A stretch of DNA of 32,000 nucleotides from Akkermansia muciniphila ATCC BAA-835 (GCF_000020225.1 NC_010655.1:780001-812000); one strand, 5' to 3'. Positions 16,593 through 26,101 are shown, numbered from the stretch's first letter. The notes: generated from the sequence alone by a model not told the origin. Made by a program: numbers and translations.

Positions 16593-17068
16593 TGAAATTA
16601 TTGTCCACATGCTTTTTGACAGCCGCCCTGTACGGCACGGAGGCGCAAGCGGACACCAGCCTGCCCGCAGCCACGCCTTTTGCCGGCGTAGATAAAAAAT
16701 TACCTATGCTGGAGCTTCTGCCCGTAGGCCAGGTGCTCCCAAAAGTCAGCCTGTCACGATATGAAGGGCCGCGCCTTTCCATGCTGCTGACGGCTTCAAG
16801 CGTGACCGTGGCCGCCCCGCAGGAAATTGCCGCGAATATCCTGAACGTGTACTTGTACGGAAAAAACAACCAGACCTCCCACCTTTTCACGCAGGCCGCC
16901 TCTTATTTTCTGGATAAAAAACTGGCCGTCTCCCATACGGAAACCACCCTCAGGGAAGAGAATCTTTCCGCCAAAGGGACCGGCCTTTACCTGGACACCA
17001 ATATCAAGAGGGGCATCATTCTGGGTCCCGTTCAAACCACCATCCGCATGGCTCAACGCAACAAGTAA
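16589..17068 (+). CDS. LptC-like periplasmic protein (assigned by position and size, weak similarity)
   Basis: 159 aa. The ATGA overlap with the kdsA stop implies translational coupling. Signal-like N-terminus MMKLLSTCFLTAALYGTEAQA. The beta-rich remainder sits immediately upstream of the LptA-like and lptB genes. Confidence 0.45.
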   Translation: MMKLLSTCFLTAALYGTEAQADTSLPAATPFAGVDKKLPMLELLPVGQVLPKVSLSRYEGPRLSMLLTASSVTVAAPQEIAANILNVYLYGKNNQTSHLFTQAASYFLDKKLAVSHTETTLREENLSAKGTGLYLDTNIKRGIILGPVQTTIRMAQRNK

Positions 17069-17080
17069 CCATTCCTTTTT

Positions 17081-18040
17081 ATGAAAAAACTTTCCTCCCT
17101 GCTGCTGGCCCTGGCCGGAAGCCTTGCCTGCAGCGGCGCCAACAGCGTTCCCTCCCACATTGTCCAGCCCCTGCCCAGGGAACTGGATCCCCGCCTGGAA
17201 CAACCCCTCACCCCGCCTCCCCATATTGTACGCCCCCTGACGGAGGAAGAGACAGCCCGGAGGGAACGGGAACTGGCCCCTGTTCCGACCGCAGGCTTGA
17301 AGGAAGACGGGGAAAAGGCGATTCAAACATACAGCGCGCAGGAAAAAACCGTAGACGGGCGGATTCAGGAATTCCGCCAGCAGCACCAGGTTGCCGGAAA
17401 TACCCCCGCCCCGGCTGCGGAAACTACTCCCTCTTCCGCAGCATCCGGCCCGGAGGAAGGCTTCCTGCAGGCCAATTCCCCAAAAGACCTGTACACCGTA
17501 GATTGTGACGGAGACTTGTACTTCGATATGGAAGAAGGCGTTCTGGTGTTCATGAAAAATGTCCGGGTGCGCAACCCCGGCCTTTCCATGGATTGTGCGG
17601 ATCATCTGAAAATTTATGCGGAATTCGTGCCGAAGAAACCGGGCGACAAAAAACCCTCCGACGTCAAGAAGGAAAAGGGGAAAGAAGAAAATCAGACTCA
17701 GGTGGCTCTTCCCAACGGAGGCAATTTCGACTACAATTCCATTAAAACGGTTGCGGCTTCCGGAAATGTGAAGGCCAGTTACACCAACAAACAGGGAGAA
17801 ACAAGCAACGCCCAGGCTGAAAAAATCACCTACAACGCCAAAACCGGAGAAATCATCCTGACGGGTGCCCCGGTCATCGTCACTCCGGACGTCATCGTGA
17901 AAAATCCGAACAAGGATGCTTTCATTCGAGTGTACTCCAACGGAAACATGTACGGCAGCCGCGGAACCAAGACCACGTTCCGCCACGTAGACAAAAAACT
18001 TTCCGACCGGGAAAACCAGAAAACCAGCCGCAAACCGTGA
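17081..18040 (+). CDS. LptA/OstA-like periplasmic LPS transport protein with an extended Pro/Glu-rich N-terminal region
   Basis: N-terminal signal MKKLSSLLLALAGSLAC. The linker has two copies of P-x-H-I-V-(Q/R)-P-L (His codons 17156 and 17222). The C-terminal half has an OstA-like pattern (ADHLKIY..., IKTVAASGNVKASY, AEKITYNAKTGEIILTGAPVIV). Its stop overlaps the lptB GTG start. Confidence 0.6.
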   Translation: MKKLSSLLLALAGSLACSGANSVPSHIVQPLPRELDPRLEQPLTPPPHIVRPLTEEETARRERELAPVPTAGLKEDGEKAIQTYSAQEKTVDGRIQEFRQQHQVAGNTPAPAAETTPSSAASGPEEGFLQANSPKDLYTVDCDGDLYFDMEEGVLVFMKNVRVRNPGLSMDCADHLKIYAEFVPKKPGDKKPSDVKKEKGKEENQTQVALPNGGNFDYNSIKTVAASGNVKASYTNKQGETSNAQAEKITYNAKTGEIILTGAPVIVTPDVIVKNPNKDAFIRVYSNGNMYGSRGTKTTFRHVDKKLSDRENQKTSRKP

Positions 18041-18783
18041 GTTCGTTCCACTCTTCTCCTTTGCTAAGCGCCGAAGGCATCTGTAAAACCTACAAAACGC
18101 GAACCGTTGTGGACCAGGTCAGCCTGAAGGTAGGGCATGGCGAAATTGTGGGCCTGCTGGGACCGAACGGCGCCGGAAAAACCACTTCCTTTTACATGGT
18201 AGCGGGTCTCGTACGCCCGGATGAAGGCCGCGTGATTTTTGCGGACGAAGATATTACGGAATTGCCGATGAACCTGCGCGCCAGGCGCGGCATGGGTTAT
18301 CTGCCGCAGGAAGAATCTATTTTCCGCAAGCTTTCCGTGGAGGATAATCTTCTGGCCATTCTTCAGACCCGCAAAGACATGACTTCCCGCCAGCAAAAGG
18401 ACCGCGCCGTAGAGCTGATGGACCGCTTCGGCATCACCAAGCTGCGCCGCTCCATGGCCATCCAGCTTTCCGGCGGCGAAAAGAGAAGGCTGACCATCGC
18501 CCGTGCCCTGGCTACCAGCCCCAAACTGCTGATGCTGGACGAACCGTTCAGCGGCGTGGATCCCATCGCCGTTTCAGACATTCAGAAAATCGTTATGGAA
18601 CTGCGCGATACGGACGGCCTTTCCATCCTGATTACGGACCATAATGTGCGGGAAACCCTCCACATCGTGGACCGCGCCTACATTTTGTTTGAAGGGAAGG
18701 TGATCAAGCACGGTACTTCCGAGGAAATCGCCAACGACCCCATCGCCCGCAAGCAGTATCTGGGCGACCAGTTCCGCATGTAA
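18037..18783 (+). CDS. lptB: LPS export ABC transporter ATP-binding protein LptB
   Basis: [87 protein letters not shown] start at 18037 in a GTGA overlap with the upstream stop. Confidence 0.93.
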   Translation: MSSFHSSPLLSAEGICKTYKTRTVVDQVSLKVGHGEIVGLLGPNGAGKTTSFYMVAGLVRPDEGRVIFADEDITELPMNLRARRGMGYLPQEESIFRKLSVEDNLLAILQTRKDMTSRQQKDRAVELMDRFGITKLRRSMAIQLSGGEKRRLTIARALATSPKLLMLDEPFSGVDPIAVSDIQKIVMELRDTDGLSILITDHNVRETLHIVDRAYILFEGKVIKHGTSEEIANDPIARKQYLGDQFRM

Positions 18784-18803
18784 TTTTATTTTCCGTCTTT
18801 CCC

Positions 18804-19688
18804 ATGTCCTCCCCGCAGAATACGATCGCCCTGGTTTTCGACTACGACCAGACCCTGAGTCCCTTCTACATGCAGGATCAGGCCATCTTCCCGGAATTCG
18901 GCATTTCTCCGCAGGAATTCTGGACCAGGTGCAACGCCACCGGAGAAAGAGAAGGCTGGGACGGAGAACTGATTTACATGAAAAGCCTGCTGGACGCCCT
19001 TTCCCTGGACCGCGTCAGCAACGCCCGGCTTACCCAGCTTGGAGAGCGCCTCACCTTTTACCCCGGTTTGCCGGACTTTTTTAACGCGTTCCCGTCCATG
19101 ACCCTCTCCTCCCTTCATACGGATCTGGGCATCAGCATTGAATACTATATCATCTCCTCCGGTTTGAAAGCCCTGATTGACGGTTCCGCCCTGCGCCCTT
19201 ATTTCAAGGCCGTATTCGGATGCGAATTCAGCGAGGAGAACGGCTACATCAATTTTCCCAAGAGAGTCATTTCCCACACCACGAAAACCCAGTACCTTTT
19301 CCGCATCAACAAGGGAATGCTGGATTACGACCAGGACGTAAACGACCACATGCCGGAAGACATGCGCCCCATTCCTTTCGCCAACATGATTTACATCGGC
19401 GACGGCCCTACGGACGTTCCCTGCTTCACCGTCATGCGCCGGAACGGAGGCCACGCCGTAGCCGTATATAATCCGGAAGATGAAACCGGCCGCAGTTTCC
19501 GCAAATGCTATAATCTGGCCTCCAATTCCGACCGCGTGAATTTCATCGCCCCGGCGGATTACACGCCCGGCAGCCATCTCACCCGCCTGCTGTCCGGCAT
19601 GGTCACGGATATCGCCAACGGCATTGTGCGCCGCCGGGACCGGGCTCTGGCGGATTCCTGTATTGCGGCTCCTTCCTTTTCCAAATAA
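18804..19688 (+). CDS. HAD-superfamily phosphatase-like hydrolase
   Basis: Motif I VFDYDQTL (DxDxT), motif II IISSGL, motif [15 protein letters not shown]. 294 aa, starting 20 nt after lptB. Confidence 0.8.
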   Translation: MSSPQNTIALVFDYDQTLSPFYMQDQAIFPEFGISPQEFWTRCNATGEREGWDGELIYMKSLLDALSLDRVSNARLTQLGERLTFYPGLPDFFNAFPSMTLSSLHTDLGISIEYYIISSGLKALIDGSALRPYFKAVFGCEFSEENGYINFPKRVISHTTKTQYLFRINKGMLDYDQDVNDHMPEDMRPIPFANMIYIGDGPTDVPCFTVMRRNGGHAVAVYNPEDETGRSFRKCYNLASNSDRVNFIAPADYTPGSHLTRLLSGMVTDIANGIVRRRDRALADSCIAAPSFSK

Positions 19689-19713
19689 AACCCGCTCCAT
19701 TCCTCTCCCCGTC

Positions 19714-21096
19714 ATGAACAGCCATTTCCACTTTCTCGGCATCTGCGGCACCGCCATGGGCGCAGTAGCCGCCGCCATGGCCCGCCGCGGCTTTACCGTC
19801 ACCGGTTCCGACGCCAACGTCTATCCCCCCATGTCCACTTTTCTGGAGGAGGAAGGCATCACGCTGTTTGAAGGCTACAAGGCCTCCAACATCCCGCCGG
19901 ATGCGGACGTCATCGTCATCGGCAATGCCATGAGCCGCGGCAATGAGGAAGTGGAAGCCGTGCTCCAACGGCGCCTGCGTTACCTTTCCCTCCCGGAGAC
20001 GATGAAGGAATACTTCCTGCGCGGCAAGCGCAACTATGTGGTAACAGGCACCCACGGAAAAACCACCACCACATCCATGCTGGCGTGGCTGATGGAGGAT
20101 TCCGGGCTGAACCCCAGCTTCATGATTGGCGGCATTGCCCGCAATCTCGGACGCGGGGGCCGTTTTACGGATTCCGATTTTTCCGTACTGGAGGGGGACG
20201 AGTACGACACGGCGTTTTTCGACAAACGTTCCAAATTTCTGCACTACCTCCCGGAACTGGTGGTCATCAACAACATTGAATTTGATCACGCGGATATTTA
20301 CAATTCCCTGGAGGAAATCAAATTGAGTTTCCGACGGCTGACCCAGATCATCCCCCGCAACGGCCTGGCCCTGGTCAACGCGGACGATCCCAACTGCCTG
20401 GACGTGGTTAAGGGGGCCCCGTGCCCCGTCAAGACGGTGGGCTTTTCCGACTCTTCCAACATCCGTATCCTGGATGTGGAGACCTCCACGGACGGCAGCC
20501 ATTTCACACTGGAAGGAACCCGGTACTACGTACCGATGATTGGAGAGTTCAACATCCGCAACGCCGCCATGGCAATTGCAGCCGCACAATTTGCGGGACT
20601 GAACGTCAAGCAGCTGGCGGATTCCATGAGCCGCTTTGAAGGCGTGGCCCGCCGCCAGGAAGTCAAGGGGGTGGTCAACGGCATTTCCGTAGTGGACGAC
20701 TTCGCCCACCACCCAACAGCCATCAAACAGGCCATCCTGGGCCTACGCCAGCGCTATCCGGAATCACGCATCTGGGCCATTTTCGAACCGCGCTCCAACA
20801 CCACACGCAGAAATATCTTCCAGAATGAACTGGCGTTGTCCCTCGCTACGGCGGATTTCCCTGTGGTAGCCGCCGTGGATCATCCGGACAAGGTAGCTCT
20901 GGAGGAACGCCTGGACCTCACCAAACTTTCCAACGACCTTTCCGCGCTGGGCAAGGACGCTCTGATTGGCGGCCATGCCCAGGAAATCGTCTCTGCCGTC
21001 TGCAAGAAAGCCCAGCCGGGAGATGTTATTCTGGTAATGAGCAACGGCGGTTTTGAAGGCATTCACGCCAAATTGCTGGAAGCACTGAACGCCTGA
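19714..21096 (+). CDS. mpl: UDP-N-acetylmuramate:L-alanyl-gamma-D-glutamyl-meso-diaminopimelate ligase (murein peptide ligase)
   Basis: FHFLGICGTAMGAVA, GSDANVYPPMSTFLEE, GTHGKTTTTSM, EGDEYDTAFFDKRSKFLHY, NNIEFDHADI, DDFAHHPTAI, FEPRSNT, LVMSNGGFEGIHAKLL. These match my memory of E. coli Mpl closely. Start set at ATG 19714 rather than 19624. Confidence 0.93.
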   Translation: MNSHFHFLGICGTAMGAVAAAMARRGFTVTGSDANVYPPMSTFLEEEGITLFEGYKASNIPPDADVIVIGNAMSRGNEEVEAVLQRRLRYLSLPETMKEYFLRGKRNYVVTGTHGKTTTTSMLAWLMEDSGLNPSFMIGGIARNLGRGGRFTDSDFSVLEGDEYDTAFFDKRSKFLHYLPELVVINNIEFDHADIYNSLEEIKLSFRRLTQIIPRNGLALVNADDPNCLDVVKGAPCPVKTVGFSDSSNIRILDVETSTDGSHFTLEGTRYYVPMIGEFNIRNAAMAIAAAQFAGLNVKQLADSMSRFEGVARRQEVKGVVNGISVVDDFAHHPTAIKQAILGLRQRYPESRIWAIFEPRSNTTRRNIFQNELALSLATADFPVVAAVDHPDKVALEERLDLTKLSNDLSALGKDALIGGHAQEIVSAVCKKAQPGDVILVMSNGGFEGIHAKLLEALNA

Positions 21097-21120
21097 CCCT
21101 TCTTCATACATCCACTTCCA

Positions 21121-22440
21121 ATGAAAAACGCATCCACCATCACCGCCTTCATCATCAGCTTCCTGGTCGTAGGCAGCCTGGCCCTGGTTTTCCTGTTCCT
21201 TGACAATAAGGAAGAGGAACCCGCCGCCGCTGAACCGGCGGCGCAAACGGAAGTGCCGGCACGCCAGACGGTAACGCCCCAACCCACCGTCGACCCGCTT
21301 ACCAAGGAAGATATCAGCCGGCAGACGGCTACGCCGCCCTCCCTGATCAATCTCAGCTCCCCCCAGACACTGGCGCAGGCAATTGCCAAAGTCATTCAGG
21401 ACCGGGATGAGGACATCCTGAAATCCCTGGAAATCCAGCAGGCCGTGACGGAGAACCAGAGCCGCCTCATCCGGGAGCTCATGGAAGCCCGCCATATACG
21501 CCTTTCCTCTCCCGGCATCACCAGCATCGGCGCGAACAACCAGGGGGCCAATCCCACAGCCAGATACACGCTCAATTTCAGCAGCGGCGCGCGCGGCTAC
21601 CTGGATATGAAGCGCAATGACAAGCAACAGTGGACGCTGGATACCCTCACTCTGCCCAGCAAGCAGGATCTGGCCAAGGACAAAGTCGCCCCCATGGCGA
21701 TGAATGACCCCATGGGCATCGTCAGTTCCTTCATGGATGCCGTCGCCAAGGCGGATTTCCGCGGGGCGAGGAAGTTCGTGGACGGAACTAAAGTGCAGGA
21801 TGCCACGGTAGCCGGTTTGTGCATTCTGTTTGAGGAGGGGGCTTTCCGGCTCCGGGAGGACGCTCCCATCAAAACCGCCTACGAAGCGCCCACCAATGCG
21901 GGGTTTTTCGTTCATCTTCAGGACGCCCAGGGCAGGAAGGCCGGCAATGTAGGCCTGACCGTGGCCAAAACGGACGGACAATGGCTGGTTGCGGAAGCTT
22001 CCCTGGACAGCATGCTGGAAGCTTATACGAAACGGCAGGGGGCCGGAGACGACATCTTTATCCCCATTGTAAAAAATCCCCAGGGCGGCGATTCCCTGGC
22101 CCTGTTCTTCGGCTTTAATGAAGATACCCTTTCCAAGCGTTCCGAACGCCAGCTGCAAATCGTAGCGGAAGCTATCAAGATGGACAGTGGCAAGAAGCTG
22201 GAAATCAGCGGCCATACGGATGACGTGGGGAGCGAACGCTACAACCAGGGGCTCTCCGAACGCCGTGCGGCCGCCGTGAAAGCCCAGCTCGTCCAGTTCG
22301 GCGTTCCTGCGGAAAGAATCGTTACCAAGGGATTCGGCAAATCTCAGCCGCGCCGAACCTACTCCCCCACGGCAGACGAAGAAACAAGGGATGAAGCCCG
22401 CAAGGAAAACCGCCGCGCGGAAATGTACCTGGACTTTTAA
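21121..22440 (+). CDS. membrane-anchored OmpA/MotB-family peptidoglycan-binding protein
   Basis: N-terminal TM helix ITAFIISFLVVGSLALVFLFL. C-terminal OmpA-like domain: ISGHTDDVGSERYNQGLSERRAAAVKAQLVQFGVPAERI..GFG...P...........NRRAEMYL. Confidence 0.88.
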   Translation: MKNASTITAFIISFLVVGSLALVFLFLDNKEEEPAAAEPAAQTEVPARQTVTPQPTVDPLTKEDISRQTATPPSLINLSSPQTLAQAIAKVIQDRDEDILKSLEIQQAVTENQSRLIRELMEARHIRLSSPGITSIGANNQGANPTARYTLNFSSGARGYLDMKRNDKQQWTLDTLTLPSKQDLAKDKVAPMAMNDPMGIVSSFMDAVAKADFRGARKFVDGTKVQDATVAGLCILFEEGAFRLREDAPIKTAYEAPTNAGFFVHLQDAQGRKAGNVGLTVAKTDGQWLVAEASLDSMLEAYTKRQGAGDDIFIPIVKNPQGGDSLALFFGFNEDTLSKRSERQLQIVAEAIKMDSGKKLEISGHTDDVGSERYNQGLSERRAAAVKAQLVQFGVPAERIVTKGFGKSQPRRTYSPTADEETRDEARKENRRAEMYLDF

Positions 22441-22522
22441 AAGAATCATCAGAGAGCAGAGAAGGGGCAAGCCTTTCCAACTTCTCTATTTACTGTTGCC
22501 TGTCAATTATTAACCATATTCC

Positions 22523-24532
22523 ATGGCTCGCCGATATGTCATCAGGCAGGATGCCGCTCCGGTCGCCCCCATCTCCGGGATCGACTACCGTACGGCCCTC
22601 AATGAAGAACAGTACGCCGCCGTTTCTTCAGAACCGGGGCCGGCTCTTGTCATCGCAGGAGCCGGATCGGGAAAAACGCGCACGCTGACTTATCGCGTGG
22701 CCTGGCTTCTGGATCACGGTACGGACCCATGGAACATTCTGCTGCTTACCTTCACCAATAAGGCGGCGCGGGAAATGACGGAACGGGTGCGTTCCCTGAT
22801 TCCCCTGGACTTGTCCCGCCTGTGGAGCGGCACGTTCCATTCCATTGCCAACCGCATCCTGCGCCAGCATGCGGAATACCTGGGATATACACCGGCTTTT
22901 ACAATCATGGACTCCGACGACCGCAAATCCATGATTAAAAGCGTGGTCAAATCCCTCAAACTGGATGAGAAATCCACCCGCTTCCCCAAGCCGGAAGTTC
23001 TTTCATCCCTGTTCAGTCTGGCAGACAACGAGGGAGCCAATATCCGGGAAACGCAGGAAAACGCCTATCCCTACCTTTCCAACCACCTGGACGCCATCCT
23101 GGAGGTGCATGATCAATACGTAGCCCGCAAGCAGGAAACCAACAGTATGGACTTTGACGACCTGCTTCTCAACGTCGTGAGGCTTTTTCAGGAACAGGAG
23201 CACCTGCGTGCCCTGTACGGTTCCCGCTTCCAGCATATTCTGGTGGATGAGTACCAGGACACCAATTACCTCCAGAGCCGCCTCATCGACATGCTGGCCC
23301 GGGAACACGGCCAGCTGATGGTGGTGGGGGACGATGCCCAGAGCATCTACTCCTGGCGCGGAGCGGACATGGAAAACATCCTCAGCTTCACTACCCGCTA
23401 TCCGGCGGCAAAGACTTTCAAGATAGAAACCAATTACCGCAGTGTGCCGGAAATTCTGGAACTTTCCAACGCGGCTATCGCCGCCAACGAAGTTCAAATT
23501 GAAAAACAGCTCCGCTCCGTGCGGCCCACCGGGGAAATGCCTCCCGCCCTCGTCCCGCTCAACGACGACCGGATGCAGGCCAAATTTGTCGTCCAGCGTA
23601 TCAGGGATCTCATTGAAGAAGGCACGGACCCCAGTGAAATAGCCGTGCTTTACCGCGCCCACTTCCACAGCATGGAATTGCAAATGGAACTGACCCGCGG
23701 AGAAATACCTTTCCGCATCACCAGCGGCATCAGGTTTTTCGAGCAGGCCCATATTAAGGACGTGGTGGCATTTATGCGTTTTGTGGTCAATCCCAGGGAT
23801 GAACTTTCCTTCCGCCGCATGGTGATGCTGCTGCCCGGCATCGGCCCCGGCATGGCCCAAAAACTCTGGATACGCTGGACCGCCTGCCCGGAAAGCCGGC
23901 AAGAAACCCCTCCGGAATCCTTTTCCGCCCTGATGCTGGATTTCCCGGTTCCTGCCAAATCCAGAACGGCCTGGACGCAGCTTTGCTACACACTGGATGA
24001 ACTGGCCCCTGCCGGAAAGCTGGCCGGACCGGCCTCCATGCTCCTTTCCATCAATGAGGCCGTGTACGACGAGTACATGCAGGCCGCATTCGAAAATTAC
24101 GACCAGCGCAGGCAGGACCTTCTGCATCTGGCCGGATTTTCCGAACGCTTTGAATCCACGGAGGATTTTCTTTCCCAGCTTTCCCTTTTGGGCAACACGG
24201 ATGATGAAAGCGCCGCGGCGGACTTTTCCGGTGGCTCCGTCACCCTGTCCACTATCCACCAGGCCAAGGGACTGGAATGGTCTGTCGTCTTCCTGATCGG
24301 CCTGTGCGACGGCATGTTTCCGCACCAGCGGGTCATTGATGACGGAGACCTGGCCGGGCTGGAAGAAGAACGCCGCCTCTTTTATGTAGGCATTACCCGC
24401 GCCAAGGACCAGCTTTACCTGACCTACCCCCGCTGGAACTGCCGCGCCCAGGGAGGAACCTTCATGCAAATGCCCTCCCGCTTTCTGGATGAATTCCCAG
24501 CCGGCCTGGTGGAAGAGTGGGAGGTGGAATAA
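22523..24532 (+). CDS. UvrD/PcrA/Rep-family ATP-dependent DNA helicase
   Basis: Motif I AGAGSGKTRTLTYR, Ia LLLTFTNKAAREM, II ILVDEYQDTN, III VVGDDAQSIYSWRGA, plus TNYRS, LSTIHQAKGLEWSVVFL and RLFYVGITRAK. Confidence 0.93.
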   Translation: MARRYVIRQDAAPVAPISGIDYRTALNEEQYAAVSSEPGPALVIAGAGSGKTRTLTYRVAWLLDHGTDPWNILLLTFTNKAAREMTERVRSLIPLDLSRLWSGTFHSIANRILRQHAEYLGYTPAFTIMDSDDRKSMIKSVVKSLKLDEKSTRFPKPEVLSSLFSLADNEGANIRETQENAYPYLSNHLDAILEVHDQYVARKQETNSMDFDDLLLNVVRLFQEQEHLRALYGSRFQHILVDEYQDTNYLQSRLIDMLAREHGQLMVVGDDAQSIYSWRGADMENILSFTTRYPAAKTFKIETNYRSVPEILELSNAAIAANEVQIEKQLRSVRPTGEMPPALVPLNDDRMQAKFVVQRIRDLIEEGTDPSEIAVLYRAHFHSMELQMELTRGEIPFRITSGIRFFEQAHIKDVVAFMRFVVNPRDELSFRRMVMLLPGIGPGMAQKLWIRWTACPESRQETPPESFSALMLDFPVPAKSRTAWTQLCYTLDELAPAGKLAGPASMLLSINEAVYDEYMQAAFENYDQRRQDLLHLAGFSERFESTEDFLSQLSLLGNTDDESAAADFSGGSVTLSTIHQAKGLEWSVVFLIGLCDGMFPHQRVIDDGDLAGLEEERRLFYVGITRAKDQLYLTYPRWNCRAQGGTFMQMPSRFLDEFPAGLVEEWEVE

Positions 24533-24968
24533 TCCAGATCTCCTCTCCCGGGTCATATCCGGGAAACGCCGGTTCTCAATCTTCTCCCGCCGGACAGGGA
24601 AAACGTGGCGCGGAGTTTCCGAAGGGTTCTTTTCCCACCCGTTTGAATTCCTGCTTCCAACCCTTATCCGGAGATATTTCCGTCTTTCCCGGAGAACGGA
24701 ATTCCCCGACAACCCCGGCCATATTCCAAAAACCGTGGACACCGCGGCTCTTACCGCATCCTTCCGTTTCTACCGCTGCGGTTCATCACCGCCATATCCA
24801 GCAAAGCCAATACCCACTTCCGTATTTTGCTTCTCAAAACGCTTGTTGGGAAGCATCCCAAACCCTCTTTTCATTCCTGCTGGTTTGCAAAATTAAATAT
24901 ATAGCTTTCTGATTTTGGCGGGAAAGCGCTTAGGGAAATATTTCATATGCGTTTTTGTAAGTAAGTAT

Positions 24969-25334
24969 TTACGGAATATACTGAAATCCCCACTTCGTCA
25001 TTTCATAGAATACAGGCAACAATGCCTGCCCCTTTTCCGTAAGAGAGTATTCAACACGGGGCGGTATCTCGTTGAATTGCATTCTGGATACAAGCCCGTC
25101 CTTTTCTAATTCTCGAAGGGAAGAGGCAAGCATGGTATTTGTAATACCATTAATATTTTTTTTTAACTCACCAAAGCGGATGGGATCTTGAATAAACAAT
25201 TCATAAAGGATTTGAAATTTCCATTTCCCCTGCAACATAAGCAGAAGTGGAGTCACAGGACAATTCCCCGCTTCAGTCAAAATTCCCTCTTTCACTTCAT
25301 GCCTGTATTCATCGTAGGTCATATCCTTGTGCAT
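24969..25334 (-). CDS. HxlR-family winged-helix transcriptional regulator
   Basis: CPVTPLLLMLQGKWKFQILYEL, RFGELKKNINGITNTMLASSLRELEKDGLVSRMQFNEIPPRVEYSLTEKGQAL. 121 aa, typical size. Confidence 0.9.
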   Translation of the reverse strand: MHKDMTYDEYRHEVKEGILTEAGNCPVTPLLLMLQGKWKFQILYELFIQDPIRFGELKKNINGITNTMLASSLRELEKDGLVSRMQFNEIPPRVEYSLTEKGQALLPVFYEMTKWGFQYIP

Positions 25335-25397
25335 GAAAAATGCCTTCCTTTCTCTATTAGTATAGTCAACCGTACTGAGTCAGAATAATATGCGTAC

Positions 25398-25436
25398 TTG
25401 AAAAAAATTTTATCCTTAGTATAATTATCTTACTAA
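25398..25436 (+). promoter_or_regulatory. candidate promoter of the flavin reductase gene with an overlapping inverted-repeat operator
   Basis: TTGAAA (25398-25403), 16-nt spacer, TATAAT (25420-25425). The inverted repeat TTAGTA (25416-25421), 9-nt spacer, TACTAA (25431-25436) straddles the -10 element. Confidence 0.45.
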
Positions 25437-25479
25437 TAGAAGTCAACAAGTAAAGTTAAATATTTATAATCGTTTTACA

Positions 25480-25983
25480 ATGAAAGAAATCAATATAGGT
25501 CAGGCGACGGCTATCACCTTTCCCAATCCTCTCGTGTTGGTTTGCACCAAAAAAGAGAACGGTATGCTGAACATGGCTCCCGTTTCATTCTTCATGTACT
25601 CCTCGTTTAACCCTCCTATGCTGGCCTTTGCAATGGGTAAAACCGCCAATTCCGGCGAAAATATCCGCAAGACCGGCAAAGCCGTACTCGCTGCCCCTGG
25701 CGTCAGCTTGAAAGATGCGGTCATGGCTTACGGCTCTAAAAACGGCGGGCAGATTGACAAACTGAAGGAATTTCCAGTCGCTCTGCAAAACATTGACGGA
25801 ACAGACATTCAGATCCCGGAGGACAGCCCTATTGCTTTTGTGGCATCGCTAGCTGAAACTGTGGAGTCTGGCAATCATTACCTGTATCTCTGCAATATTG
25901 ACAAAATAGTGGCGGACAAAACAAAAGAAGCCCTGTTCGCATGGAATGGTTATGCCAAAGTTGCCCCGGCACAGGAAAAATAA
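25480..25983 (+). CDS. flavin reductase-like (FMN-binding split-barrel) protein
   Basis: 167 aa. NMAPVSFFMYSSFNPPMLAFAMGK matches the usual N-x-a-p-v-S...S..PP-x-v pattern of flavin reductase domain proteins. Divergent from the HxlR gene. Confidence 0.75.
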   Translation: MKEINIGQATAITFPNPLVLVCTKKENGMLNMAPVSFFMYSSFNPPMLAFAMGKTANSGENIRKTGKAVLAAPGVSLKDAVMAYGSKNGGQIDKLKEFPVALQNIDGTDIQIPEDSPIAFVASLAETVESGNHYLYLCNIDKIVADKTKEALFAWNGYAKVAPAQEK

Positions 25984-25999
25984 TTTGATGCCGTCAGCG

Positions 26000-26036
26000 G
26001 GGCTTTCATGGTTTTCTGTGAAAGCCCTGTTCTTTT
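26000..26036 (+). terminator. probable intrinsic terminator after the flavin reductase gene
   Basis: GGGCTTTCA (26000-26008) pairs with TGAAAGCCC (26019-26027) around a 10-nt loop, followed by TGTTCTTTT. Confidence 0.5.
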
Positions 26037-26063
26037 CCAAATATCAAAATCTGGCGATGGGGA

Positions 26064-26084
26064 TGATATAATAAAGTGTATAAT
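26064..26084 (+). promoter_or_regulatory. candidate extended -10 promoter of the UvrA-like gene
   Basis: TGaTATAAT at 26064-26072 and a second TATAAT at 26079-26084, 18-38 nt before ATG 26102. No good -35 element was seen. Confidence 0.35.
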
Positions 26085-26101
26085 TAAAAAAAGCGACACT
26101 T

